From Thermoanaerobaculia bacterium (GTDB lineage Bacteria > Acidobacteriota > Thermoanaerobaculia > UBA5066), in contig JBGQDL010000003.1 in NCBI GenBank assembly GCA_041495865.1, positions 1 to 56,316 of the forward strand: a stretch of DNA of 56,316 nucleotides. The letters run 5' to 3'. The translations under genes and the position numbers were made by a program. Below, in pieces: positions 44,723 through 53,894 of this stretch. Within the stretch, counting starts at the first letter, position 1. Each line of letters opens with the position of its first letter. The notes below the pieces were generated by a model. It made no database searches, was not told where the DNA came from, and saw only the letters and a list, made by a program, of their open reading frames with translations.

Positions 44723-46360
44723 TCAGCCACCCCCCTCGGGCAGCAGGCGGCCCAGGAGCCGGGGCCCCTCGAGCAGCGCGCGCGCCCGCGCCGGCAGGGG
44801 TGCGGGACGGATGAGAGCGCGCGGCCGGTACGCGCCAGCGGACTCGGGAACCTCCTCGACGAGCCGGTATTGGAACGAAGCCGGGTCGAACCGGAGCACG
44901 ACGAGGCGGTCCCACGTGTGCACGGCCGTGCCCGAACCGCCCGTGCAGGACAGGCCCGCGGCGATGGGCCCGCAATCCGAGCCCCAGCGCGGCAACGCGA
45001 CGACGGTGCGCCCGCCGACCGACGGGTCGTCTCGGAGGAGCGACATCCACGCCGACGCGAGGTACGGGACCCGCGTCGCCTGGAAGCCGCCGGGGTCCGG
45101 CGCGAGGAAGAGGACAAGCGTGGCGCGCGGATCGAGAGCCGGGACGGCCCGGAGAATCGAGGACAGCTCGACGCGTTGCCGGCGCCAAGTGGCGAGGAAG
45201 GTGTCCTGTCGCTCCACGCCTCCCGCGACGCCGAGTCCGACGAACACGGCGGGGAGGGCGAGCGCGAGGCGCGGGGCGCGCAGCCGCGACGCCAAATTGT
45301 GGGCGGCCATCGCGACGAGGATCGAGGCGAGGAGCCGCGTGACGAGGTGCGTGCGGTACCTCACCTCGGCGAGCTGCACGCCCGAGTAGGCGGCGTGCGT
45401 CGCGACGACCATGAGGAAAAGGACGGCCGCGACCCGCCGGCCACGGAGACGCGCCGCCTCGGGGTCCCGGACTCCGGAGACTGTACCGAGCCCCGCAGTC
45501 GCCGCCACGAGGGCGACGGCCCCGGCGAGCGCGGCGAGAACGTAGGCCCAGGCAGGCACGAGCGGCGGCAGGTGCTCGATCCAGGTGGGCCGTCGCCACG
45601 CCCAGCGCCACGGCATGAAGTCGTGTGCAGTGAGCGCGGCGGCGAGGCGCCCCTGCCGGACCGCGTCGAACGGGGCGAGCGCGACGGCGGCGTAGCTCCC
45701 CGGATCGCGCAGGAAGCGCAGGAAGGCGAGCGCCCACGGGACGAGCGCGAGCGACCAGCAGGCGGACGTGGCGGCCCACCGGCGGTCGGGGCGGCCCCGC
45801 GCGGCGAGGAAGAGCAGGGGGGCGAGCGCGGCGGCGGGGGCCGCGCCCTCGGACGCGAGGAGCCCGGCGTTCAGGAGGAGCGCCGCTGCGAGCAGGGAGG
45901 CGGGGCGGTTCTCTTCCTGAAAGCGCAGCGCCGCCGTCAGGGCGGCGGCGAGCGCCAGGCCAGAAAAGCAGTATCCGAGGCCGACGGTGCTGCCCGTGAG
46001 GAGGTCGCTCGTCGCCGTGACGGCGAGGGCGCCGGAAGCGAGAGCGGGCGTCTCTGCTCCGGGGAGGAGCCGCCGCGCGAGCGCGAAGACCGCGAATCCC
46101 GACAGGAGCCAGCAGGCGCCGAGGAGGAGCTGAAGGACCGCGGCAGGAGCCGGCGAGGCCCAGGCGAGGACGTAGGGCGCGCCGAGGAGGAGGCGCGTCG
46201 GGGCGCCCATCGGCTCGAGGAGGCCCCACGGCGGCCGCGAGGCGGCGCGTTGCGCCCAGGTGAGGTTGGAAGCGTCGTCGTGGAAAAGGCCTCGGTCGAA
46301 CGCGAAGAGGCCCCAGACGAGCAGCGTCAGAAGGACGTAAAGCGCCGCGGCGCGCTTCAC
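44723..46360 (-). CDS. GT-C-like polytopic membrane protein
   Basis: YVLLTLLVWGLFAFDRGLFHDDA, TATSDLLT, RTHLV.R, GGVERQD shared with 41553-43244; GTGA overlap. Confidence 0.72.
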   Translation of the reverse strand: MKRAAALYVLLTLLVWGLFAFDRGLFHDDASNLTWAQRAASRPPWGLLEPMGAPTRLLLGAPYVLAWASPAPAAVLQLLLGACWLLSGFAVFALARRLLPGAETPALASGALAVTATSDLLTGSTVGLGYCFSGLALAAALTAALRFQEENRPASLLAAALLLNAGLLASEGAAPAAALAPLLFLAARGRPDRRWAATSACWSLALVPWALAFLRFLRDPGSYAAVALAPFDAVRQGRLAAALTAHDFMPWRWAWRRPTWIEHLPPLVPAWAYVLAALAGAVALVAATAGLGTVSGVRDPEAARLRGRRVAAVLFLMVVATHAAYSGVQLAEVRYRTHLVTRLLASILVAMAAHNLASRLRAPRLALALPAVFVGLGVAGGVERQDTFLATWRRQRVELSSILRAVPALDPRATLVLFLAPDPGGFQATRVPYLASAWMSLLRDDPSVGGRTVVALPRWGSDCGPIAAGLSCTGGSGTAVHTWDRLVVLRFDPASFQYRLVEEVPESAGAYRPRALIRPAPLPARARALLEGPRLLGRLLPEGGG

Positions 46361-48207
46361 CCGATCGCGTCCAGCCGCGCCACGATGCGCTTCGCCGCGT
46401 GGTTCCACGTCCAGTTCGCCGCCATCTCGGCGGCGGCGCGGCGGCCCTTCTCCGCGGCCTCGTCGCGGTGCTCCACGACGTGCCGCATGAGGTACGCGAG
46501 GTGCTCGGGGTCGGGATCGCACCACCGAAAGCCCTTGTAGTACGGCGCGCGGGCATCGGCGGGAAGGAGGCCGCGGCTGCTCAGGGGGTAGGCGATCGCG
46601 TCATGGACGAACTCGGTGTGCGCGCCCCAGTCCGTGGCGATCGCGGGCAGGCCGCACGCCATGGCCTCCATGAGCGGCATGTCCCAGCCCTCGCCGCGAC
46701 CCGCCGACACGTAGCAGTCCGCCGAGCGATACAGCGCGCCGAGCTGGTGATACGGAAACTCCTTGTTGTGGAGGAAGGCGATGCGCCCGCCCGCGGAAGA
46801 CAGGCCGAGCGCCTCGATCTGCCCGCCGACGCGCGTGGGCTTGTTGACGTTGATGATCTTGCACACGAGGACGACCCGATCGCCGCGCCGGAAGGTCTGG
46901 TTGAAGACCTTGAGGATCATGTCGGCGCGCTTCCTCTCGCCCCATTCGAGGCTCGCGAGGAAGACGAAGTCGCCCTGCGGACTCGGGACGCCCTTGATCG
47001 CGGGGTGGAAGTGGTCGATATCGACGCCGAGGGGCATGACGCGCACGGGCGCGGTGAGGCCCGACGCGACGAAGCCGTCACGGTTGAACGCCGACGGCAC
47101 CCAGACCTCGTCCATGGCGTTCGCGTTCTTCACCCACTCCGCGGGAAAGCCGTCCACCTCCAGCATCGTGTAGCCGATGCGCGTGCGGCCCTTGTTGCGG
47201 GAGAAAACGTCCCCCTGGCCGTAGACGACGGAGACGCGCGGCCGCCTTTCGCTCTTCCTCTTCGAGACGACGTTGAGGAGATAGTCGCCGGCGTTCTCCT
47301 CTTCGCGCACGGGGAACGGCGTGCCGGGGCCGTAGACGTACTCGTAGGCCACGCGTACGCCCTCCGCGTCGAGAGCGCGCAGGATCTCGCGGCAGCTCGT
47401 GGCGTAGCCGGTGGGAAAGTTCAGGATGGACTGCCACGAGAGGTCGCGCGCGTAGCGCGCTTGAAGCGTTCGCGCCCACTTCCTCCGGAACGTCGCGCGG
47501 CTTTTCTGGAAGAGGGCATCGAAGAGGCGCGGGGCATCGCTCGTCGAGCCGTGCTCGCGGTGGAGAAGCGTCACGGCACCGCAGCACACCGTGCGAAAGC
47601 CCTTTTCCTTCGCGCGCAGGCAGAAGTCCGTGTCTTCGAAGTACGACACGTAGTCCTGAGAGAGGCCCTCGAGCGCATCGAGCAGCTCGCGTTTCAGGTA
47701 CGCGCACGCGAAGACGATGCCCTCGACGTCCCGCGTCCGCGCGTACTGGTTCACGTCCGTCTCGAGCGCGCCGATCTGCTGCCCCCAGAACGTGTCGGGC
47801 AGAATGAACGTGCCGGCGTGCAGCAGGCGCCCGTCCGGAAGCACGAGCCGGCAGCCCACGATGCCGACGTCCACCGCCGCGTGGGCGGCCTCGCGCAGGC
47901 GGTCCACCCAGCCGGGCTGCAGGATCTCGATGTCGTTGTTGAGGAGGAGAATGTCGCTGCCGGGCGCCGCCGCGCGGATCCCCGCGTTGTTGCCGCGCAC
48001 GAAGCCGAGGTTCGACGGGTTCGTCACGACCCTCACCCACGCGATCTCGCGGAGGCGCGCGGGCGTCTCGTCCGTCGACCCGTTGTCCACGGCGAGGACG
48101 TCGGCCCCGGTCAGGTCCGTATGCGCCTTCAGCGTCTCGAGGCAGCGCTTCGTCAGCTCCCAGCGGTTCCAGCAGAGGATGACGATCGTCACCCGCCGAG
48201 GCGTCAA
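46357..48207 (-). CDS. Bifunctional GT2 plus GT4 glycosyltransferase
   Basis: GT2 part: IVILCWN, VDNGSTD, LLNNDI, FEDTDFC; GT4 part: DEVWVPS, GEGWDMPLMEAMACG; TTG start. Confidence 0.9.
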   Translation of the reverse strand: MTPRRVTIVILCWNRWELTKRCLETLKAHTDLTGADVLAVDNGSTDETPARLREIAWVRVVTNPSNLGFVRGNNAGIRAAAPGSDILLLNNDIEILQPGWVDRLREAAHAAVDVGIVGCRLVLPDGRLLHAGTFILPDTFWGQQIGALETDVNQYARTRDVEGIVFACAYLKRELLDALEGLSQDYVSYFEDTDFCLRAKEKGFRTVCCGAVTLLHREHGSTSDAPRLFDALFQKSRATFRRKWARTLQARYARDLSWQSILNFPTGYATSCREILRALDAEGVRVAYEYVYGPGTPFPVREEENAGDYLLNVVSKRKSERRPRVSVVYGQGDVFSRNKGRTRIGYTMLEVDGFPAEWVKNANAMDEVWVPSAFNRDGFVASGLTAPVRVMPLGVDIDHFHPAIKGVPSPQGDFVFLASLEWGERKRADMILKVFNQTFRRGDRVVLVCKIINVNKPTRVGGQIEALGLSSAGGRIAFLHNKEFPYHQLGALYRSADCYVSAGRGEGWDMPLMEAMACGLPAIATDWGAHTEFVHDAIAYPLSSRGLLPADARAPYYKGFRWCDPDPEHLAYLMRHVVEHRDEAAEKGRRAAAEMAANWTWNHAAKRIVARLDAIG

Positions 48208-48479
48208 GCGCTCTCCCGGGGCGGGAGGCGCTTCCAGAGCAGCTCCATCTCGGCCGCGACGTCCGCGCGCGTCAGCTCGATCGTCTCGCGCCAATCCGTC
48301 AGGCGGAAGGGTCCGTCCGCGCCCGTTTCCTCGCCGCGCGCGAGCGCGAGAGCCGCGTCGAGAGGAAGGACGGCCATGAGAGCCGTGAGCTTCGCCGACA
48401 GCTCGCGCACGAGCGCGCGCAGCTCCTCCGTCTCGCGCCGGAGCTCCGCGGCGTCCGATTCTCCCGCCGCGTCTACCAT
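48204..48479 (-). CDS. Small coiled-coil hypothetical protein
   Basis: ELRRETEELRALVRELSAKL; overlaps both neighbouring genes. Confidence 0.62.
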   Translation of the reverse strand: MVDAAGESDAAELRRETEELRALVRELSAKLTALMAVLPLDAALALARGEETGADGPFRLTDWRETIELTRADVAAEMELLWKRLPPRESA

Positions 48480-48736
48480 CGCCGGCCCACGAGGCCGCGC
48501 AGCGCCTGGACGACGCGCCACGCCAGCGAGGTCTTGACGGCGCCGACGTATGCCTCGGCTTCTTCCGTGCGGTTCTTCAGCGCGACGCGGTCGGTCTCCA
48601 GCTCGGCTACCCTGTACTCGAGGCGGCGAACCTCCTCCTCGAGGCGCTTCACGGCTGCGAGCGCGAGCTCGCGCTCATGGCGGGCCTTCTCGACGCGCGC
48701 CGAAACCCACTCGTCCAGGGGAGCGTGCGCGGACAT
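48473..48736 (-). CDS. Small coiled-coil protein with SxxW..LR..GRRW tail
   Basis: Heptad pattern; ends TSLAWRVVQALRGLVGRRW; TATACT 7 nt before ATG. Confidence 0.72.
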   Translation of the reverse strand: MSAHAPLDEWVSARVEKARHERELALAAVKRLEEEVRRLEYRVAELETDRVALKNRTEEAEAYVGAVKTSLAWRVVQALRGLVGRRW

Positions 48737-48796
48737 CGGGAGAAGTATAGGCAGGAACCGCGTGTTAGCATTCCCGTTCCCTTCTTTCGAAGACGT

Positions 48797-49546
48797 ATGG
48801 CGGTTCCCGTCACAATCCCGGCCGCTGCCGGTCTCTGGCGCCCGGTCGAATGGGACGAGAGCCTGTTTGGTTTGCGCACGGCGCGTATCGTCCCGACGGC
48901 GCTCTCTCGCGAGCAGGCGGCCACGATCCTTCCGGAAGTCCGCGCGTGGGGCGCCGGCGTCGTCCATCTTCTCCTCGAGAGCGACGACGACACGTCCGTA
49001 AAGGTGGCCGAGGAGCACCGGTTTCACCTCGTGGACGTGAGGGTCACGCTGCGGTGGCGGGCGGCGGAGGTTCCGCACTCGGGGTCGGCGGGCGTGAGCG
49101 TCCGCCAGGGCGTTTCGGAAGACTTCGGCGCCCTCGAGGCCACGGCGCGCCAGAGCTACCACAAGTCTCGCTATTACCAGGACCCTCGTTACCCGAGGGA
49201 CCGCTGCGGAGACCTCTACGCGCGCTGGCTCTCGCGAAGCCTCGAGGGGAGCGCCGATCGCGTCCTCGTCGCGGAGAAGGAGGGCGCCGCAGCCGGATAC
49301 GTCACCTGCCACGGCAAGCCCGGGGCGGGCGACGGGTCGATCGGGCTTCTCGGCGTCTCTCTGGCGTTCCGCGGCGCGGGCGTGGCGTCTACCCTCGTCG
49401 GCGCGGCGCAGGCCTGGTTCCGGGGCGTCCCTCTTCCGGGGGCGACCGTGGTCACGCAGGCGAGAAACGTCGAGGCCCAGAAGGTCTATGAACGGGCGGG
49501 GTTCCGCGCGCATCGCGTCCAGCTCTGGTATCACCTGTGGCTGTGA
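48797..49546 (+). CDS. wecD: dTDP-4-amino-4,6-dideoxygalactose acetyltransferase-like GNAT
   Basis: EWDESLFG, SRYYQDP, IGLLGV....RGAG, VVTQARN..AQ..YE..GF; adjacent to wecE. Confidence 0.78.
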   Translation: MAVPVTIPAAAGLWRPVEWDESLFGLRTARIVPTALSREQAATILPEVRAWGAGVVHLLLESDDDTSVKVAEEHRFHLVDVRVTLRWRAAEVPHSGSAGVSVRQGVSEDFGALEATARQSYHKSRYYQDPRYPRDRCGDLYARWLSRSLEGSADRVLVAEKEGAAAGYVTCHGKPGAGDGSIGLLGVSLAFRGAGVASTLVGAAQAWFRGVPLPGATVVTQARNVEAQKVYERAGFRAHRVQLWYHLWL

Positions 49547-50682
49547 GCGCCTCCATTCCGTTCAACCGGCCGTGCCGGACCGGCCGCGAGGAGCGCTACA
49601 TGCGCGAGGCGGTCGAGTCCGGCCACATCTCCGGCGACGGCGCCTTCACGAAAAAGTGCCACGAGCTGCTGCGCGGGGCGCTCGGGAGCGCCGGTGTGCT
49701 CCTGACGACGTCGTGCACGCACGCGCTCGAGATGGCGGCGCTGCTCCTCGACCTTTCGCCCGGCGACGAGGTCGTCATCCCGTCGTTCACGTTCGTCTCC
49801 ACCGCGAACGCGTTCGCGCTCCACGGCGCGAGACCCGTGTTCGTCGACGTGCGGCCCGATACGCTCAACCTCGACGAACGGGTGCTGGAGAAGGCGATCT
49901 CTCCGCGGACGCGCGCCGTCGTGCCCGTCCACTACGCCGGGGTCGGCTGCGCGATGGACGCGATTCTCGAGATCGCGGCCCGCCACGGCGTCCCGGTCAT
50001 CGAGGACAACGCGCACGGGCTCTTCGGCTCTTATCGCGGCCGGCCGCTCGGCTCGTTCGGGCGCCTCTCGACCCTGAGCTTCCACGAGACGAAGAACTTC
50101 AACTGCGGTGAGGGGGGCGCGCTCGTGCTCAACGACGCGTCGCTTGTCGAGCGCGCGGAGATCGTGCGCGAGAAGGGCACGAATCGCAGCCGGTTCTTTC
50201 GCGGCCAGGTCGACAAGTACACCTGGGTCGATCTCGGGTCGAGCTACCTTCCGTCGGACCTGCTCGCCGCATACCTGTTTGCCCAGCTCGAGGCGCGCGA
50301 ATCCGTGATCGCGAAACGCCGCGCGATCTTCGAGCGATACGCGGGCGCGCTCGGAGGCTGGGCCGCGGAGCACGGCGTGCGCCTGCCCGTCGTGCCGCCC
50401 GAATGCGAGCCTTCCTTTCACATGTTCCACCTTCTGCTTCCCTCCCTGCGCGTGAGGCAGGCGCTCATCGAGCACCTGGGGCGCGCGGGCATCCTCGCGG
50501 TGTTCCATTACCAGCCGCTGCATCTTTCGCCCATGGGCGCGAAGTTCGGAGGCCGGAAGGGCGACTGCCCCGTGACCGAGGACGTGAGCGACCGCCTCCT
50601 CAGGCTGCCGTTCTACAACGATCTCTCCGCGAAGGAGCTCGAGCGCGTCCTCTCCGCGGTGACCTCGTTCGCCGGCTGGTGA
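49543..50682 (+). CDS. rffA: dTDP-4-amino-4,6-dideoxygalactose transaminase
   Basis: IPFN.P, SGDGAFTKKC, TTSCTHALEMAA, SFHETKN, FFRGQVDKYTWVDLGSSYLPS. Confidence 0.93.
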   Translation: MSASIPFNRPCRTGREERYMREAVESGHISGDGAFTKKCHELLRGALGSAGVLLTTSCTHALEMAALLLDLSPGDEVVIPSFTFVSTANAFALHGARPVFVDVRPDTLNLDERVLEKAISPRTRAVVPVHYAGVGCAMDAILEIAARHGVPVIEDNAHGLFGSYRGRPLGSFGRLSTLSFHETKNFNCGEGGALVLNDASLVERAEIVREKGTNRSRFFRGQVDKYTWVDLGSSYLPSDLLAAYLFAQLEARESVIAKRRAIFERYAGALGGWAAEHGVRLPVVPPECEPSFHMFHLLLPSLRVRQALIEHLGRAGILAVFHYQPLHLSPMGAKFGGRKGDCPVTEDVSDRLLRLPFYNDLSAKELERVLSAVTSFAGW

Positions 50683-50701
50683 GCGGACCCGCGAGCGGCG
50701 C

Positions 50702-51790
50702 TCAGCGCGCGCCGATTTCCCGCAGGCGCTCGATGACGCGGCCCGCCGCGAGCCCCCACGTCCAGAGCTTCGCAGCCTCGCGCGCGGCCGCCTCGCCGCG
50801 CAGGCGGGCCTCATCGCGGTTCTCGAACACGCGCCGCATGGCCGCGACGAGCGCGTCCAAGTCCGGCTCGGCCCACCGAAAACCGTCATAGTGGGGGCAC
50901 TTGGCGTCGGCGGGCACGAGCCCCTTCACGGCCACGGTGTAGCCCACGCCCTCGTGGAAGAACTCCGACGGCCCGCTCCAGGCCGTCGCGATCACGGGGA
51001 GGCCGCAGGCCATCGCCTCGAGGATGGGCATCCCCCAGCCCTCGCCGCGCGAAGGCAGGACGAAGGCGTCGGCGCTGCGATAGAGGGTGCCGAGCTGCCG
51101 GCTCTTGATGTGGTGGTTGTAGAGGAAGGCGACGGGCGGGCCGTCCTTCGGCAGCTTCAGCTCCTCGATCTGCTCGTGCACCTTCACGTGCCCGTCGTGG
51201 TTGTTCACGCGCAGGAGAAGGAGCACGTCGTCCGCGGCGGAGAACGCCGACGCGTAAGCGCGCAGCAAGGTCTCGGGCGCCTTGCGCTCGCCCCACTCGA
51301 AGACGGACAGGAACGTGAAACGCTCGCTCGCGCGGACCGCGGGCAAGTCCTTTCGGAACCGCAGCGCGTCGTACCCGAGCGGCATGACGCGGATCGGCCT
51401 CGTGACGCCGCACGCCGCGAAGCGCTCCTTTCCCCAGTGGCTCGGCACCCAGATCTCGTCCATGCGGTTGCAGGCCGCGACCCAGCGCTTCGGGATGCCG
51501 TCCACCTCGAGCATCGTCCAGCCGATCTTCCAGCCCGGGTGCGCCGTGTGGAACAGGTCGGCCTGTTCGTAGCTGATCTGCGGCGCGTCTTCGTACGGCG
51601 GCCGCTCGGAGATCGCGTCGAGGACCGGGTTCTCGATGATGCTGTCGCGCGGCCAGGGCGTCTTCCGATACGAGAGGTCCACGCCCTGCGCGAGCAGATG
51701 CAGCGCCATGTCCTCGGAGGTGGTCGAGTACCCGATGGGGAGACCCCACCGCGACTGCCACGTCACGCGCGGGCGCGCCGCGTCGGTCAC
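50702..51790 (-). CDS. GT4 glycosyltransferase (paralog of the C-terminal half of 46357-48207)
   Basis: TMLEVDG.P..WV...N.MDEIWVPS, FEWGERK, SRGEGWGMPILEAMACG. Confidence 0.9.
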   Translation of the reverse strand: MTDAARPRVTWQSRWGLPIGYSTTSEDMALHLLAQGVDLSYRKTPWPRDSIIENPVLDAISERPPYEDAPQISYEQADLFHTAHPGWKIGWTMLEVDGIPKRWVAACNRMDEIWVPSHWGKERFAACGVTRPIRVMPLGYDALRFRKDLPAVRASERFTFLSVFEWGERKAPETLLRAYASAFSAADDVLLLLRVNNHDGHVKVHEQIEELKLPKDGPPVAFLYNHHIKSRQLGTLYRSADAFVLPSRGEGWGMPILEAMACGLPVIATAWSGPSEFFHEGVGYTVAVKGLVPADAKCPHYDGFRWAEPDLDALVAAMRRVFENRDEARLRGEAAAREAAKLWTWGLAAGRVIERLREIGAR

Positions 51791-52176
51791 TCCCCGGGGC
51801 TCCCCGGCCCCTCGAATGCGCGGAGCCGCTCCTCGAGGGCGGCCACGCGCGCGCGCAGCTTCCGCTGCTCGACGAGAAGGACGTCGATCACCTGCGTGGC
51901 GGAGCGCTGGTACTCGGACACCTGTCCCCACTGCGGCAGGCCGTACCACCAGAGCGCCTTCGTGAGCGCGCGCCGGAAGGCGTTGATCGCGGGCGCGAAG
52001 AAGGGGCGTTCCGTCTCGAGGACCGTGCCGTGCGCGATCTCCGTCTGGAAGTGGATCGTGCGGAGGCTCTCGGCGAGCTTCGGGCTTCCGTGGTCGCCGT
52101 CGCGAAGCTGGCGGGAGACCGCCTCGAGCGCGTGCTCGGCGTCGTCGTCGTCGGTGAGGATCCAGTAGACGTTCAC
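51787..52176 (-). CDS. Hypothetical protein with C-terminal coiled coil
   Basis: ALWWY...QVSEYQ...LRARVAALEERL; GTGA-coupled to the GT4 gene. Confidence 0.65.
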   Translation of the reverse strand: MNVYWILTDDDDAEHALEAVSRQLRDGDHGSPKLAESLRTIHFQTEIAHGTVLETERPFFAPAINAFRRALTKALWWYGLPQWGQVSEYQRSATQVIDVLLVEQRKLRARVAALEERLRAFEGPGSPGE

Positions 52177-52247
52177 GGCGGGTCCGAACGGGCAGGATCG
52201 AGCCCGCCGGCCGGGCGTGTCAAGCGACCCCGGCTAGACTCCTCCCG

Positions 52248-53075
52248 ATGCCCGCGGCCGCTCCCCCCGTCTACGACACCGCCCGGCGCGGCTTTCTTTT
52301 CGTCGAGGAGGCGAAGGCCCTCTGGGAGTACCGCCATCTCGTGGGCGAGCTCGTCGTGCGCGACATCAAGGTGCGCTACAAGCGGTCGGTCCTCGGCATC
52401 TTCTGGAGCATGCTCAGCCCCCTCCTCTCGATGGCGGCGCTCACGATCGCGTTCTCGGCGCTCCTCAAGCAGCAGATCGCGAACTACCCCGCCTACTTCC
52501 TCGCGGGCTCGGTCTTCTGGACCTTCTTCGCGCAGGCCACGTCCCACGCCGCGTCGTTGACCTCTGATGCCTCGGAGATCGCGCGCCGCGTCTACGTTCC
52601 GCGCTCGGTGTTCGTGGCGTCGGCCGTGGGTGTCGCGCTCGTGAACCTTCTCTACACGCTCGTCCCGCTCCTCCTGATCATCGCGGCGACGGGCCACCCG
52701 ATCCACGCGACCTGGCTTTTCCTGCCGGTCTCGATCGTCACGGGAATCCTCTTCACCGCGGGCGTCGGTCTGGTGATCTTCACGATGGCCTCGCGCTTCG
52801 TCGACGTGAAGGAGACGTATCTCGTCGTCCTGTCCACGTGGTTCTTCCTCACGCCCATCGTCTACACGCCGGCCGTCCTCGCGCCGAAGTACCGCCTCGT
52901 CATCCGGCTCAACCCGATGACGTATCTCGTCGAGATGTTCCGCGCCCCCATCTACGACGGCTGGCTGCCGGGGGTGAACACACTCGTCTTCTCGCTCCTC
53001 GCGAGCGTCCTCGCGCTCACCTTCGGCTGGCTTTTCTACGCCTGGAAGATCGAGGACTATGGCACCCGCCACTGA
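52248..53075 (+). CDS. wzm: Polysaccharide ABC transporter permease
   Basis: RDIKVRYKRSVLGIFWSMLSPL, FFLTPIVY, LNPM. Confidence 0.92.
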   Translation: MPAAAPPVYDTARRGFLFVEEAKALWEYRHLVGELVVRDIKVRYKRSVLGIFWSMLSPLLSMAALTIAFSALLKQQIANYPAYFLAGSVFWTFFAQATSHAASLTSDASEIARRVYVPRSVFVASAVGVALVNLLYTLVPLLLIIAATGHPIHATWLFLPVSIVTGILFTAGVGLVIFTMASRFVDVKETYLVVLSTWFFLTPIVYTPAVLAPKYRLVIRLNPMTYLVEMFRAPIYDGWLPGVNTLVFSLLASVLALTFGWLFYAWKIEDYGTRH

Positions 53076-53859
53076 CTCCGCCACTGACGCCCCCGCGGTC
53101 GCCGCCGCCCTGGCGACCGGGCCCGCGGTGTTCCTCGACCACGTCACGCTGCGCTACCGGATCCCGCGCGAGGTCATCGTCACGTTCAAGGAATACGCCT
53201 TGCGCAAGCTCCAGGGCCGGATGGAGCACAACACGCTCGTCGCCTTGCGTGACGTCAACATGACGGTCGCCCGGGGCGAGCGCGTGGGGGTCATCGGCGC
53301 GAACGGCGCCGGCAAGAGCAGCCTCTTCCGCCTCATCGCGCGCGTGCGCCGGCCCACGGAAGGCCGCCTCGTCGTGCGCGGGCGCGTCGCGCCGCTCCTC
53401 GAGCTGGGCCTCGGCTTTCACGGCGACCTCACGGGCCGTGAGAACGTCGTCCTGCAGGGCGCGCTCATGGCCTTCTCGCGCGAGCAGATGCTCGGGCGGA
53501 TGGACGCGATCGCGGCCTTTGCCGAGCTGGAGGAATTCCTCGACGCGCCCGTGAGAACCTACTCGACCGGCATGGCGGCGCGCCTCGCCTTCGCCGTCGC
53601 GACCGACGTGGATCCCGATATCCTGCTCGTGGACGAGGCCCTCGCCGTGGGCGACGAGAGGTTCCGCGCGAAATGCCGCGATCGGATGGCGGCGCTGCGC
53701 GAGAGCGGGCGGACGTTTCTCCTCGTCTCCCACTCCCTCGCCGATGTCGTCGAATCGTGCCAGCGGGCCATCTGGATCGCCGAGGGCCGCGTCGTCAAGG
53801 ACGGGCCTGTCTCCGAGGTCTGCGATGCCTACCACGCGTGGGCGCAGGGGGGGACCTGA
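53059..53859 (+). CDS. wzt: Polysaccharide ABC transporter ATPase, no C-terminal carbohydrate-binding domain
   Basis: GANGAGKS, LTGREN, YSTGM.ARLAF, LLVDEALAVGD, VSH. Confidence 0.92.
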   Translation: MAPATDSATDAPAVAAALATGPAVFLDHVTLRYRIPREVIVTFKEYALRKLQGRMEHNTLVALRDVNMTVARGERVGVIGANGAGKSSLFRLIARVRRPTEGRLVVRGRVAPLLELGLGFHGDLTGRENVVLQGALMAFSREQMLGRMDAIAAFAELEEFLDAPVRTYSTGMAARLAFAVATDVDPDILLVDEALAVGDERFRAKCRDRMAALRESGRTFLLVSHSLADVVESCQRAIWIAEGRVVKDGPVSEVCDAYHAWAQGGT

Positions 53860-53894
53860 TCATCGCCCGCCCGCCTGGAGCTTCTGACGGCCGA

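Noticed and set aside
48797-50682. Enterobacterial common antigen cluster
   Set aside because: Only wecD/wecE-like genes are present; wecA/B/C/F/G, wzxE and wzyE are not in the window.
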